A stretch of DNA of 64,000 bases from Gemmatimonadaceae bacterium (GTDB lineage Bacteria; Gemmatimonadota; Gemmatimonadetes; Gemmatimonadales; Gemmatimonadaceae), in the NCBI GenBank assembly GCA_035569435.1, contig DATMNB010000195.1, positions 4,894-68,893 of the forward strand. Reading direction: 5' to 3'. The position numbers and the translations under genes are program-made. Of the stretch, positions 27,797 through 37,221 are shown in pieces. A model generated the notes under the pieces. It was given only the letters and a program-made list of their open reading frames with translations, made no database searches and was not told the DNA's origin. The stretch's first letter is position 1, and every line of letters begins with the position of its first letter.

Positions 27797-29139
27797 ACTC
27801 GTGCTTGAGCGCGCGCACGGCATTCGTGGCGCTGCTGATGGCCGTCCCGCTCGGCGCGCAGGGCCCGACGCAGGCCCCGCTCAGTCCCGCCGCGGCCGAC
27901 AGCACGACCTCGCGCTTCGTCGTGGCCGGAATCCCGGTCATTCTCCGCCGCTCGACGTCGGCCAACGTCGTGACCGCCGACGTCTATCTCCTCGGTGGCA
28001 CGCGACAGACGACCGATGCCACGGCCGGCATCGAGCCCTTCCTCCTCGACGTCTCCGAGCAGGGCACGCGCCACTACTCCAAGACGGTCCTCCGCCACGT
28101 CATGGCGACGCTCGGCACGTCGATCGCCATCGACCCCACGCCCGATTGGACCTCGATCGGCGTGCGCGCCACACCGTCGACGTTCGACTCGACGTGGGAT
28201 GTCCTGGCCGACCGCCTCATGTACCCGACGATCGACACGACCGAGGTCGAGCTCCTCCGCACGCAATACGCCTCGGCGGTCCGCCAACGCCGCGACTCGC
28301 CGGACGCGCTCCTCGAGTATCTGGCCGACAGCGTCACCTACCCACACCACCCGTACGGCCGCGCGGTCGCCGGCACCGAGCGCTCGGTGGCCGCGATCAC
28401 CGTGCGGCAGCTCAGGCAGTACGAGGCGACGCAGATGGTCCGCTCGCGCATGCTGATCGTTGTCGTCGGCAACGTCGACCGCCCGCGTGTCGAACGCCTC
28501 ATCCAGCGCACCCTCGCCAAGCTCCCGCCCGGCACCTACACCTGGACGCTTCCCACGCCCGCGCTGCCCCACCCGATGGCGCTCGTGACCGACGAGCGCC
28601 ACCTCCCCACCAACTACATCCTCGGCCACTTCCAGGGTCCGCCCGCCACGAGTCCGGATTATCAGGCCCTCCGCGTGGCGCTGGCCGTCCTCTCGGGCCG
28701 GCTGTTCGCCATCATCCGTGACGAGCGCAACCTCTCGTATGCCGTGAACGCGCCGTTCGTCGAGCGCGCCATCGGCGAGGGCGGCCTCTACGTCACGACC
28801 GTTGCGCCCGACTCGGTCCTGACGATCATGCGCCACGAGGTCGCGCAGCTCCAAACCAACATCGTCGACCCCGACGCCTTGGGTCGCCTCGTCCAGCAGT
28901 TCATCACGGAGTACTTCCTCGACAACGAGACCAACGCCGACCAGGCCAATTTCCTGGCACGCGCCGAGCTCTATCGCGGCGACTATCGTACGGCGCAGGG
29001 CGATCGGTTTGTCGCCGAGCTGCGGCACGTCAACCCGTTTGACATCCAACGGGTGGCGCGGCAGTACATGCGGGATATCTCGTTCGCATATGTTGGCGAC
29101 ACGACCAAGCTCTCGCCGGCGGCGGTCAGGGGGTTCTAA
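27793..29139 (+). CDS. M16 family peptidase, non-catalytic partner subunit (no HxxEH)
   Basis: ATG at 27793 overlaps the upstream stop (ATGA). Signal peptide MNSCLSARTAFVALLMAVPLGAQG. M16 fold-like sequence without a zinc motif. Confidence 0.8.
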   Translation: MNSCLSARTAFVALLMAVPLGAQGPTQAPLSPAAADSTTSRFVVAGIPVILRRSTSANVVTADVYLLGGTRQTTDATAGIEPFLLDVSEQGTRHYSKTVLRHVMATLGTSIAIDPTPDWTSIGVRATPSTFDSTWDVLADRLMYPTIDTTEVELLRTQYASAVRQRRDSPDALLEYLADSVTYPHHPYGRAVAGTERSVAAITVRQLRQYEATQMVRSRMLIVVVGNVDRPRVERLIQRTLAKLPPGTYTWTLPTPALPHPMALVTDERHLPTNYILGHFQGPPATSPDYQALRVALAVLSGRLFAIIRDERNLSYAVNAPFVERAIGEGGLYVTTVAPDSVLTIMRHEVAQLQTNIVDPDALGRLVQQFITEYFLDNETNADQANFLARAELYRGDYRTAQGDRFVAELRHVNPFDIQRVARQYMRDISFAYVGDTTKLSPAAVRGF

Positions 29140-29169
29140 GGCTAACCAGCAGCGCGCCTCACACGTGGC

Positions 29170-29358
29170 CTACGCAGATACCTTTTGCGCTTGCGCCTTA
29201 ATCAGCTGTACGAGAACGCGGAGCGCCGCGTTGACACTCTCCGGCGTGTGAAACACCTCGGCCACGTCATCGTCGAGCCGCACGACATTCGACCCAGCCG
29301 CGTAACGCGCCGCGTGCAACAAAGCGTAAGTCCACGCGCACCTGCTAATTCTGTGCAC
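29170..29358 (-). CDS. short ORF with an antitoxin-like C-terminus (possible remnant)
   Basis: 62-codon ORF with a GTG start, in a lower-GC 414-bp gap. The C-terminal VRLDDDVAEVFHTPESVNAALRVLVQLIKAQ resembles the LDxDV..xF...xxVNxALR tail I associate with small type II antitoxins. The N-terminal part is unconvincing. No partner toxin ORF was found. Confidence 0.25.
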   Translation of the reverse strand: MHRISRCAWTYALLHAARYAAGSNVVRLDDDVAEVFHTPESVNAALRVLVQLIKAQAQKVSA

Positions 29359-29553
29359 TTTGGGCGCGACCCAAGCCCGCGCGGAACACTAGGTTATGGC
29401 TGGGCTCGGTCGGGTCGCTCCGCACGACCACCAGGATTGTTCACTGTGGACGTGGCGTGAGCTGGCGCCTGAAAATGGCCACGCGAGGCGATGCAGAGGG
29501 TAGTCGACCTTGCGCTCGCGCGCGTAAAACATACTCACATTGAGACTGCGGGT

Positions 29554-30375
29554 CTACCCGATGATCGCGACCATGTCCAAGATGCGAAGCCCTAACTCGC
29601 GATCGCCCTCGACCTGCACCTGAGCGGCGGCCACGTCGCGGCGCATAGCCTTGGTAAAGATGCGCCAGGCAATCTCCTGGGGAATGACGACGCGCGCCAT
29701 CGGGGTATCGACTGAGTCCTCCGCGAGCCGCCATGAGAGGTGGTCGCGCCGGAGCATCCATGTGCCGCCACAGTCGCCGGCGATGTCGAACCGCAGGAGC
29801 GTGCCCGGCGCTGCCGCGGTGTCGCGGTAGGTGAATGGCAACGCACGCATGAAGCAGTCGAGGACCGGGCGATACAGCTCGGGGGTCATGATCGCTGGCC
29901 GGTCCACGGCGAGGCGGATCTGCTGCTGGTGGTGCCAGCGCTCGGTGTACTCGCGCGCCGTGTCAAACCAGTTTGGCGACGTCGTGTCGCCGGCCCAACT
30001 CACCGCGAACGTCGCCGGCGCGAATGGGTCGAGTGACTGATGATACTCGGCGCTCTCGCGGGAGGCATCTGCCATCAGGGCAATGAGCACGCGTGGGCTC
30101 AGCCGGCGGTAGACCGTCACGCTTCGTTGGTTGAGCTGATCCACAAGGGCCACGAGGGAGTGCGCCGGCGTCGGGTCGTCCACGTATCCATCGCGCACCC
30201 GGGAGAGTTTGCGGAGCTGCGTGTCCAGCAGGTGCGCCGCCACGTCTTTGACTTTCCATTGTGGCGCCAACGTTTGCCGTTCCCACTCGTCCGGACCGAG
30301 CGACTCGAGGAGCTCGATGAGCAGCCGCTCGATCTTGGGGAACAGATGCGCCGTCACGATCGGGCGGACAGGCAC
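29554..30375 (-). CDS. DinB/maleylpyruvate-isomerase-N-terminal-domain family protein (TIGR03083-like)
   Basis: 273 aa with GTG at 30375. N-terminal four-helix DinB-like region with W.VKDVAAHLLD (metal-binding His), followed by a C-terminal SCP2-like region. Confidence 0.65.
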   Translation of the reverse strand: MPVRPIVTAHLFPKIERLLIELLESLGPDEWERQTLAPQWKVKDVAAHLLDTQLRKLSRVRDGYVDDPTPAHSLVALVDQLNQRSVTVYRRLSPRVLIALMADASRESAEYHQSLDPFAPATFAVSWAGDTTSPNWFDTAREYTERWHHQQQIRLAVDRPAIMTPELYRPVLDCFMRALPFTYRDTAAAPGTLLRFDIAGDCGGTWMLRRDHLSWRLAEDSVDTPMARVVIPQEIAWRIFTKAMRRDVAAAQVQVEGDRELGLRILDMVAIIG

Positions 30376-30378
30376 GGA

Positions 30379-31461
30379 TCAGGACGTGGGTTTGGCCCGC
30401 AGGTATTGGTCCGGCCACGGCACGTTCGTCTTGAGCGTGTGCGCCGCGTGGAGCGGCCAGTACGGATCGCGCAACAGCTCGCGCGCGATGAACACGATGT
30501 CGGCCTGCTCCTCGCGCAGGATCGCCTCGGCTTGCTCAGGTGCGACGATCATGCCGACCGTCCCCGTCATGACGCGGGCATCCCGACGCACGCGCTCGGC
30601 GAGCGAGACCTGATAGCCCGGCGCCATCGGCGGGCCTAGGTACTTGGCCGTGTTGCCACCCGATGAGCAGTCGACGAGATCGACGCCGAGCGGCCCGAGC
30701 AGCCGCGCGAGGGCGACCGAGTCCTCGATCGTCCACCCGGTGTCGACCCAATCGGTCGCCGAGAGTCGGACAAACAACGGCAACCGCTCGGGCCACACCT
30801 CGCGGACTGCGCGCACGGTGTCGAGCAGCAACCGGGTCCGGTTCTCGAACGACCCCCCGTACCGGTCGGTGCGCTTGTTGGAAAGCGGCGAGAGAAACTC
30901 GTGCAGGAGATACCCATGCGCCGCATGGATCTCGATGACGCGAAAGCCCGCCGCGTACGCCCGCCGTGCCGCCGCGGCAAACGCCGCGGTGACCTCGTGG
31001 ATGCCCGCTTCGTCGAGCGCCTCGGGCACGATCCAGCCCTCGGCGAAGGCGATCGGGCTGGGCGCCCAGATGGGCCGCCACCCCCCGTCGGCCACCGAGA
31101 CCGACCCGGTCCCCTCCCACGGTCGCCGCGTGCTGGCTTTGCGTCCGGCGTGCGCAAGCTGCACCCCGGCCACGCCGCCGTGCGCGTCGATGAATTGCGT
31201 CACCCGCGCCAAGGGGTCGATGTGCGCGTCGCTCCAGATCCCTAAGTCCTGCGGGCTGATGCGCCCATCGGCGGTCACGGCCGTCGCCTCGGTGAAGACG
31301 AGGCCCGCGCCGCCCACCGCGCGGCTGCCCAGGTGCACGAGGTGCCAGTCGTTGGCCAGCCCATCGACGGACGAATACTCACACATGGGCGACACCACGA
31401 TCCGATTGCGGAGCGTGATGTCGCGCAGGGTGAGCGGCGAGAAGAGCGCCGCGGTGCTCAA
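30379..31461 (-). CDS. namA: NADPH dehydrogenase, Old Yellow Enzyme family (YqjM/NamA type)
   Basis: 360 aa, colinear with B. subtilis YqjM as I recall it: LFSPLTLRDITLRNRIVVSPMCEYSS, GRISPQDLGIWSD, QLAHAGRKA, IEIHAAHGYLLHEFLSPLSNKRTD.YGGS.ENR, GRELLRDPYW. TTG start overlaps the upstream stop (TTGA). Confidence 0.9.
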   Translation of the reverse strand: MSTAALFSPLTLRDITLRNRIVVSPMCEYSSVDGLANDWHLVHLGSRAVGGAGLVFTEATAVTADGRISPQDLGIWSDAHIDPLARVTQFIDAHGGVAGVQLAHAGRKASTRRPWEGTGSVSVADGGWRPIWAPSPIAFAEGWIVPEALDEAGIHEVTAAFAAAARRAYAAGFRVIEIHAAHGYLLHEFLSPLSNKRTDRYGGSFENRTRLLLDTVRAVREVWPERLPLFVRLSATDWVDTGWTIEDSVALARLLGPLGVDLVDCSSGGNTAKYLGPPMAPGYQVSLAERVRRDARVMTGTVGMIVAPEQAEAILREEQADIVFIARELLRDPYWPLHAAHTLKTNVPWPDQYLRAKPTS

Positions 31462-32201
31462 AATGTCCGCGTGTTGCCGGGCCGTAGGATCATGACGCGC
31501 GAGTCACCTGCAAAGGCCGTGCGCACGTCCGCCTCGGTGGCCAATCCGGGGAACGTCGCGTAGTGCATCGGGATGATGGCCGTCGGATGAAAGTATTTCG
31601 TGATCGCCAACTTGGCCGTCTTGGGATCTTCGTTGTACGGTCCGCCCCCGACCTGCAACAGAATGACCGTCGGGTGGTAGATCTCCTGAATCAACGCCAT
31701 GTCGCCAAAGATCCAGGTATCGCCGGTATCGTAGATCGTCTGACCGTTGGTGAACTCGAGCACAAACCCGACTGGTCGCCCCGGCTCACTGGAATGCACG
31801 GCCGTCACGAGATGGATCGTGACGTCGCCGATCTTGAACGTCCCGCCGACGTTGCCGCCCAGCGTCTGCTTCTCGGGCAACCCCTGCGCCGCCACCCACT
31901 CGTAAGCGCTCACGACCGGTGCCCCCGACGCCACGGCAATCGCCTTGGCGTCGGCGCTATGGTCAGAGTGGGAGTGTGTGACGAGAATCGCCGCCGGCTT
32001 GTAGTGGCTCAGGTCCTTGAGCGAGTCCGGCACGCTCGGGTTCTCTGTGATCCACGGATCGAGTAACAGCTGGGTCCCGCCGGGCGAGGTGACCAGAAAC
32101 GCCGCGTGCCCGAGCCACTGCACCTTCACCTTGCCCTGCGCCTGTGCGGTGGTGGCCATCGCCAGTCCCGCGATTCCCATCAACAGCGCGCGTCGACCCA
32201 T
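31458..32201 (-). CDS. metallo-beta-lactamase-fold hydrolase (UPF0173-like) with signal peptide
   Basis: 247 aa. MGRRALLMGIAGLAMATTAQAQG is a signal peptide, possibly Tat-type given the RR. WLGHAAFLV and VTHSHSDH (HxHxDH) motifs. Confidence 0.8.
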   Translation of the reverse strand: MGRRALLMGIAGLAMATTAQAQGKVKVQWLGHAAFLVTSPGGTQLLLDPWITENPSVPDSLKDLSHYKPAAILVTHSHSDHSADAKAIAVASGAPVVSAYEWVAAQGLPEKQTLGGNVGGTFKIGDVTIHLVTAVHSSEPGRPVGFVLEFTNGQTIYDTGDTWIFGDMALIQEIYHPTVILLQVGGGPYNEDPKTAKLAITKYFHPTAIIPMHYATFPGLATEADVRTAFAGDSRVMILRPGNTRTF

Positions 32202-32235
32202 GCCGTGGTTCTCCGTAAGGTGTGAATGTACCGCA

Positions 32236-32850
32236 TTAATGCCGCTGGGCCGCGCGCCGTTCCAAGGTCAGCCGGACATCATCCAACCCAACGCCGAGGG
32301 CGCGGAGCGCGACGAGGGTATGATACACGACGTCGGCCGCCTCGTCCGTCGCGCGATCCCGGTCGCCATCCGCGCACGCGGCCACCAGTTCCGCCATCTC
32401 CTCGCCGAGCTTCTTGAGTCGCAGGTTGCGGTCGCCAAGGAGCCGGCGCGTGTAGCTGGACTCGTCGGCCCCCGCGGCCGGGGTGGCCCTGGCGGCGAGC
32501 GTCCGGTCGAGCGTCGAGAGCGCATCGCCCCCCGCGCCATTGAAACAACTGACGGCTCCGGTGTGGCAGGCCGGTCCACGGGGCTCGACCAGCGCCAACA
32601 CCGTGTCGCCATCGCAGTCGGCCGTGAGCGACACGACGCGCTGCGTGTTGCCACTTGTGGCGCCCTTGTGCCACAGTCCGCGGCGTCGCGAGAAATAGTG
32701 CATCTCGCCCGTGGCCACCGTCCGCTCCAATGCCTCGCGATTGCTGAGCGCGACCATGAGCACGGCGCCAGTCACGGCGTCCTGCGCGACCACCGTCACC
32801 AGGCCTCCGCCTTTGTCGAAGTCGAGCGCATCGAGATCGAGACCGATCAC
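32236..32850 (-). CDS. hisIE: bifunctional phosphoribosyl-AMP cyclohydrolase / phosphoribosyl-ATP pyrophosphatase
   Basis: GTG at 32850 ([24 protein letters not shown]...) overlaps the hisN stop (GTGA). HisI motifs: [27 protein letters not shown]. HisE tail: YT..LL...N...KK.GEE..E. Confidence 0.9.
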   Translation of the reverse strand: MIGLDLDALDFDKGGGLVTVVAQDAVTGAVLMVALSNREALERTVATGEMHYFSRRRGLWHKGATSGNTQRVVSLTADCDGDTVLALVEPRGPACHTGAVSCFNGAGGDALSTLDRTLAARATPAAGADESSYTRRLLGDRNLRLKKLGEEMAELVAACADGDRDRATDEAADVVYHTLVALRALGVGLDDVRLTLERRAAQRH

Positions 32851-33602
32851 GGCTCCTCCACGAGCGCCGCGCGCACCACGTCGGCCAGGGCGAGATTGGT
32901 CGCGATGCCGCCTCCGCCAAACGCTGTCGAGCGCCCCTGCCAGTCGGTGAACGCCCCGCCGGCCTCGGTGACCACCACGAAGGGCGCGGCCGCGTCCCAC
33001 ACCTGCATCGTGCTGTCCGCCATGACCTCGGCGCGTCCGGTCGCGACCATCAGATAGCCAAACCCGTCGCCCCACGTCCGCGCCACTGAGGCCGCCGCGG
33101 TCAACGCGCCCCATCGGTTGGCGCGGTCGGGCCGATCAAAGAATCGGTCATCACTCGTCACGATCGTCGCCTTGGCGAGCGTGCCGACCGAGGACACGTG
33201 GCATCGCGTCCCGTTGTGCCACGCGCCCTCGCCGCGTGCGGCGATGACAAGCTCACCGGCCGCGGGACAGTATACGGCGCCACCCAGGATCGCGTCACCC
33301 TCGGCGACGGCAATGAGCGTCGCCCACAGCGGCACGCCGCGCACAAAGGCTTTCGTGCCATCGATCGGATCGATGATCCAGAGACGCCGGGCATTCGGGC
33401 GCACGACGCCGTGTTCCTCGCCGAGGATCCCGTCTTTGGGGAAATGCCGCTCGATCCATTGGCGCGCAACCATCTCAGCGCCGCGGTCGGCCTCGGTGAC
33501 GGGCGAGCCATCAGATTTCGTCTCGACGGCCAACCCGGTCTTGAACCGGGCCAACGCCGCGTCGCCAACGGCGCGGGCGAGGTCGCTCACTGCCTGCAGC
33601 AT
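32847..33602 (-). CDS. hisN: inositol-monophosphatase-family histidinol-phosphate phosphatase
   Basis: ATG at 33602 ([13 protein letters not shown]...). IMPase motifs: [35 protein letters not shown]. The function is inferred from its position inside the his operon and from hisB being monofunctional. Confidence 0.75.
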   Translation of the reverse strand: MLQAVSDLARAVGDAALARFKTGLAVETKSDGSPVTEADRGAEMVARQWIERHFPKDGILGEEHGVVRPNARRLWIIDPIDGTKAFVRGVPLWATLIAVAEGDAILGGAVYCPAAGELVIAARGEGAWHNGTRCHVSSVGTLAKATIVTSDDRFFDRPDRANRWGALTAAASVARTWGDGFGYLMVATGRAEVMADSTMQVWDAAAPFVVVTEAGGAFTDWQGRSTAFGGGGIATNLALADVVRAALVEEP

Positions 33603-34360
33603 ATCCCGGCCTCCGTCATGGCGTGCTTGATCCGGCCCACGGTCGTCATGCCATCGTGCACGATCCCCGCGACGAGCGCCGCGTCGGCGCGGCCCGCGTC
33701 GCCGAGCACGGCGCAGACGTCGGCCTCGGAGCCGGCGCCGCCAGAGGCGATCACCGGCACATCGACCGCCTCGACGACGGCCCGCGTGAGCGCCACGTCG
33801 TAGCCGGCCCGACCGCCATCGCGGTCGATGCTCGTCAGCAGGATCTCGCCCGCGCCGCGCGCGACGCATTCGGCGGCCCAGCTCACGGCGTCCAGGTCCG
33901 TTGGCGTGCGACCGCCCTGGACGAAGACGCGCCACGGCGAGCCCGGCATCGTGGGATCGTGCGCGGCATCGATGCTGGCCACCACGCATTGGGCGCCGAA
34001 GCGGTCGGCGGCTTCGGTCAGGACCGCTGGACGGCGGACGGCCGCCGAGTTGATGCTGACCTTGTCGGCTCCCGATCGTAAGGCCCGGGCGACGTCGTCG
34101 CTCGACCGGACGCCGCCGCCGATCGTGAGGGGCACAAAGAGCCGCTCGGCAGTCGAACGCGCCACATCGAGGAGCGTCGCGCGGGCCTCGGCGCTGGCCG
34201 AGATGTCGAGGAAGACGATCTCGTCGGCGCCGTCGGCCTCGTAGCGCTCGGCCAGCGCCACCGGGTCACCGATGTCGCGGAGGTCGACGAAGCGGACGCC
34301 TTTCACGACACGGCCTCCGTTGACGTCGAGGCAGACAATCACCCGTCGTCGTAGCATCAC
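33587..34360 (-). CDS. hisF: imidazole glycerol phosphate synthase, cyclase subunit
   Basis: 257 aa. RVIVCLDV..GRVVKG..F, PLTIGGGVRS and ASGGAG motifs. Confidence 0.95.
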   Translation of the reverse strand: MMLRRRVIVCLDVNGGRVVKGVRFVDLRDIGDPVALAERYEADGADEIVFLDISASAEARATLLDVARSTAERLFVPLTIGGGVRSSDDVARALRSGADKVSINSAAVRRPAVLTEAADRFGAQCVVASIDAAHDPTMPGSPWRVFVQGGRTPTDLDAVSWAAECVARGAGEILLTSIDRDGGRAGYDVALTRAVVEAVDVPVIASGGAGSEADVCAVLGDAGRADAALVAGIVHDGMTTVGRIKHAMTEAGICCRQ

Positions 34361-34890
34361 GTCGACTCGACGGCGCCTTTGGTACTGAACACCGCGCCAC
34401 TCTCGACGAGGGCGTCGCGCAACGCCAGGCCCAGCGCCTTGAACGCCGCCTCGACGACGTGGTGGCGATCGTGCCCGCGCAACACGCGAATGTGCAGCGT
34501 GACATTGGCGTTGTCAGCAAACGACCGCATCCAGTGGTCATAGAGCGAGCTCGGAAGCGGCCCCCGATAGTACGGCCGTCCACCAGTGTCCAGCGACACA
34601 TGCACGAGCGCATCGTCCATGCCGATCGTCCGATCGCCGTACCGCGCCGCCGTGGCGGGGACGAGCCGCGCCACGGCCGTGCCCATGGCGATCCCCACGT
34701 CTTCGATCAGATGATGCTTGAGATCCCCGGCCGCGGTGATCGAGAGGTCGAACGCCGCATAGCGCGCCAGCGTGACCATCATGTGATCGAGAAACGGCTG
34801 CCCGGTGACGACACTGGCCTGCCCCTCACCGCGCGCCACTTCGATCCGAATGCGGGTCTCCTTGGTGGCCCGCGTGATGACGATGCTCAT
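34357..34890 (-). CDS. hisB: imidazoleglycerol-phosphate dehydratase (monofunctional)
   Basis: ATG at 34890 overlaps the hisA stop (ATGA). TKETRIRIEV, FLDHMM, DLKHHLIEDVGIA and GHDRHHVVEAAFKALG motifs. At 177 aa there is no phosphatase domain. Confidence 0.95.
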   Translation of the reverse strand: MSIVITRATKETRIRIEVARGEGQASVVTGQPFLDHMMVTLARYAAFDLSITAAGDLKHHLIEDVGIAMGTAVARLVPATAARYGDRTIGMDDALVHVSLDTGGRPYYRGPLPSSLYDHWMRSFADNANVTLHIRVLRGHDRHHVVEAAFKALGLALRDALVESGAVFSTKGAVEST

Positions 34891-35600
34891 TCGCCAAATT
34901 CTCCGGCCGCGGCGCGCGGGTCGATCGCGCCCGTGTAGAGCGCCATCCCAATGACGGCCGCCGCGACACCGCGGTGTGCCAGGGCGCGCAGATCGTGCAA
35001 CGTCGTGATCCCGCCCGCCGCGTACACGGGGAACGCGGCCGCCTCGGCCACGTCTTCCATGAGCGGCAGATCGGTGCCCTGCAACTGCCCTTCGCGGTGC
35101 ACGGCCGTCACGAGCACGCCGGCCAGCGGCAACGCGTTCAACTCCTCGATCGCGTCGAGCACGTTGAGCGGGAGCGACCGCGCCCACCCCCGCGTCACGA
35201 CCCGCCGGTCGCGCACGTCCGCGGCGACGATGAGCACGCCGGGGAACCGCGAGGTCATCTCGTCCAGCCAGTCGCTGTCCTCCATGGCCCGTGTCCCGAC
35301 GATGACGCGCGCGGCCCCGTCGGCGAGCAGCTCTTCGATCCGCCCGCCATCGCGCACCCCGCCCCCCACCTGGACCTCGGCGTCAGTCGCGCCGAGGATG
35401 TCGCGGACCATGCCGATGTTGGAACCGCGCCCGGTCGCCGCATCGAGGTCGATCAGGTGCAACGCGCGGAAGCCGGCGTCGAGCCACGCGCGCGCCACGG
35501 CGACGGGATCCGAGAGCCGGACGCTTTCCCGCTCGTACGCACCACCTACGAGCTGCACACAGGCGCCGCCGCGGAGGTCTACTGCTGGGAGGGCAATCAC
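34887..35600 (-). CDS. hisA: 1-(5-phosphoribosyl)-5-[(5-phosphoribosylamino)methylideneamino]imidazole-4-carboxamide isomerase
   Basis: GTG at 35600 (VIALPAVDLRGG.CVQLVGG) overlaps the hisH stop (GTGA). LHLIDLDAA, VQVGGGVR and AAGGI motifs. Confidence 0.9.
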   Translation of the reverse strand: MIALPAVDLRGGACVQLVGGAYERESVRLSDPVAVARAWLDAGFRALHLIDLDAATGRGSNIGMVRDILGATDAEVQVGGGVRDGGRIEELLADGAARVIVGTRAMEDSDWLDEMTSRFPGVLIVAADVRDRRVVTRGWARSLPLNVLDAIEELNALPLAGVLVTAVHREGQLQGTDLPLMEDVAEAAAFPVYAAGGITTLHDLRALAHRGVAAAVIGMALYTGAIDPRAAAGEFGE

Positions 35601-36193
35601 GCGAGTGTGCTCACGAACGCCTGCACAAACCGGACGCCCGGCGAGGAGCTCTTCTCGGGATGGAACTGGACACCGACGGTGCGCCGCCAACGGACGGCGG
35701 CCGGGAACCGGTCGCCCCCCTCTTCGGTCCACGCCGTCACCGACGTCAGATCGGTCGGCCGACAGATGTAACTATGAGCATAGTAGACCACGTCCAGCGG
35801 CGCGACGCTGAGCAGCGGGTCAGTCGCGGATTCGACCGCGTTCCACCCGATGTGCGGTACCCGTGGCGCAACCAACCGGGTCACGCGCCCCGGAATGACG
35901 CCCAGCCCGGCACCGCCGCCCTCGTCGCTGCCATCAAAGAGCAGCTGCATGCCGAGGCAGATCCCGAGGCACGGCAGCCCGCCCTCGAGCGCGGCGGCCA
36001 TTGCCGCACGTCCAGGCGCCAACCGGTCCGCCGCCGCGCCAAACGCACCGACGCCCGGCAACACCAACGCATCGGTGTCCAACGCGGCCACCGGATCGGT
36101 CTCGATACGCACGTCGACTCCGGGCGCGGCCAGCGCCTTCGCCAGCGAGTGCAAGTTCCCCGCGCCGTAGTCGAACACGGTGACCCGCCTCAT
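35597..36193 (-). CDS. hisH: imidazole glycerol phosphate synthase, glutamine amidotransferase subunit
   Basis: ATG at 36193 (MRRVTVFDYGAGNLHSLAKAL) overlaps the hisC stop (ATGA). Catalytic GICLGMQLL, HIGWN and FHPEKS motifs. Confidence 0.95.
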   Translation of the reverse strand: MRRVTVFDYGAGNLHSLAKALAAPGVDVRIETDPVAALDTDALVLPGVGAFGAAADRLAPGRAAMAAALEGGLPCLGICLGMQLLFDGSDEGGGAGLGVIPGRVTRLVAPRVPHIGWNAVESATDPLLSVAPLDVVYYAHSYICRPTDLTSVTAWTEEGGDRFPAAVRWRRTVGVQFHPEKSSSPGVRFVQAFVSTLA

Positions 36194-37221
36194 GACCCGG
36201 CTCTTGCCGCGAGTGCCTCGAGGCACTGTGCCATGAGCGGCCACGGGCCGATCGTGATGCGAATGCCGTCCGGATATCCGCGAACGCCGATCCCGCGCGC
36301 GCACAGCGCCGTCACGATTCCCGCGCTCGGCTGCGACGTGTGCGCGAACACAAAGTTGCCAAACGACGGCACCACCCGAACCCCCGGGATCGCCGCCAGC
36401 GCCTGCTCGAACCGCCGGCGGTTGGCAACCGCCTCTGCGACGTGCTCGGCCACCCACTCCCGATCTTCCGTGAGCGCCGCATACGCGGCCTGCTCAGCGA
36501 CCACGTTCACCTTGTACGGCCCTCTCGACTTCTCCACCTCGGCGATCAGCGCCGGCGCCGCGGCGCCGTACCCGATCCGAAGCCCTGCCAGCCCAAACGC
36601 CTTCGACATGGTGCGCGTGATCAAGAGCCGGTCCGACCGCGCCAGCAGGTCGACCGACGACACGCCGGCAAACTCGGCATATGCCTCGTCGATCATGACG
36701 ACCCCCGGCGCGTCGGCGACAACTCGCTCGATCGTCGCGCGCGAGACGAGCGTGCCCGTGGGATTGTTGGGCGAGCAGAGATACATGATCCGCGCGCCCG
36801 TCGCGAGCAGCCCGTCAGCATCGGCGTCGTAGTCGGCCGTGAGCGGCACCGGCACCGCCACCAGCCCATTCATGCGCGCGAACGTCGAAGCCATCGGGAA
36901 CGTCGGATCGAGATACGCAAACCGCTCCCCGGGATCGGCGAACGCGCGAATGGCCGAATCAATCACATCGTCGGAGCCGCACCCCGTGACGATCATCTCG
37001 GGCTCGACGCCGAGATAGTCGGCCAGCACGCCCTTGAGCCCGCGGGCGTAGACGTTGGGATACTTTGTCGCGCCCGTCGCCGCCGCCTGCGCCGCGGCCC
37101 GGGCGGCCGGTGGCATCCCCCACAAGTTCGTGTTGTCGCTCAGATCGATCGCGCATCGCTCCCGCTCGGTGCCATAGAGGGCGATGTCGCGATACACCGC
37201 CCGCCCGGTCATGGGCGTCAT
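36190..37221 (-). CDS. hisC: histidinol-phosphate aminotransferase
   Basis: 343 aa. Class II aminotransferase with NPNNPTG, the PLP Lys in TMSKAFGLAGLRIGY, and IRITIG. ATG at 37221 overlaps the hisD stop (ATGA). Confidence 0.9.
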   Translation of the reverse strand: MTPMTGRAVYRDIALYGTERERCAIDLSDNTNLWGMPPAARAAAQAAATGATKYPNVYARGLKGVLADYLGVEPEMIVTGCGSDDVIDSAIRAFADPGERFAYLDPTFPMASTFARMNGLVAVPVPLTADYDADADGLLATGARIMYLCSPNNPTGTLVSRATIERVVADAPGVVMIDEAYAEFAGVSSVDLLARSDRLLITRTMSKAFGLAGLRIGYGAAAPALIAEVEKSRGPYKVNVVAEQAAYAALTEDREWVAEHVAEAVANRRRFEQALAAIPGVRVVPSFGNFVFAHTSQPSAGIVTALCARGIGVRGYPDGIRITIGPWPLMAQCLEALAARAGS

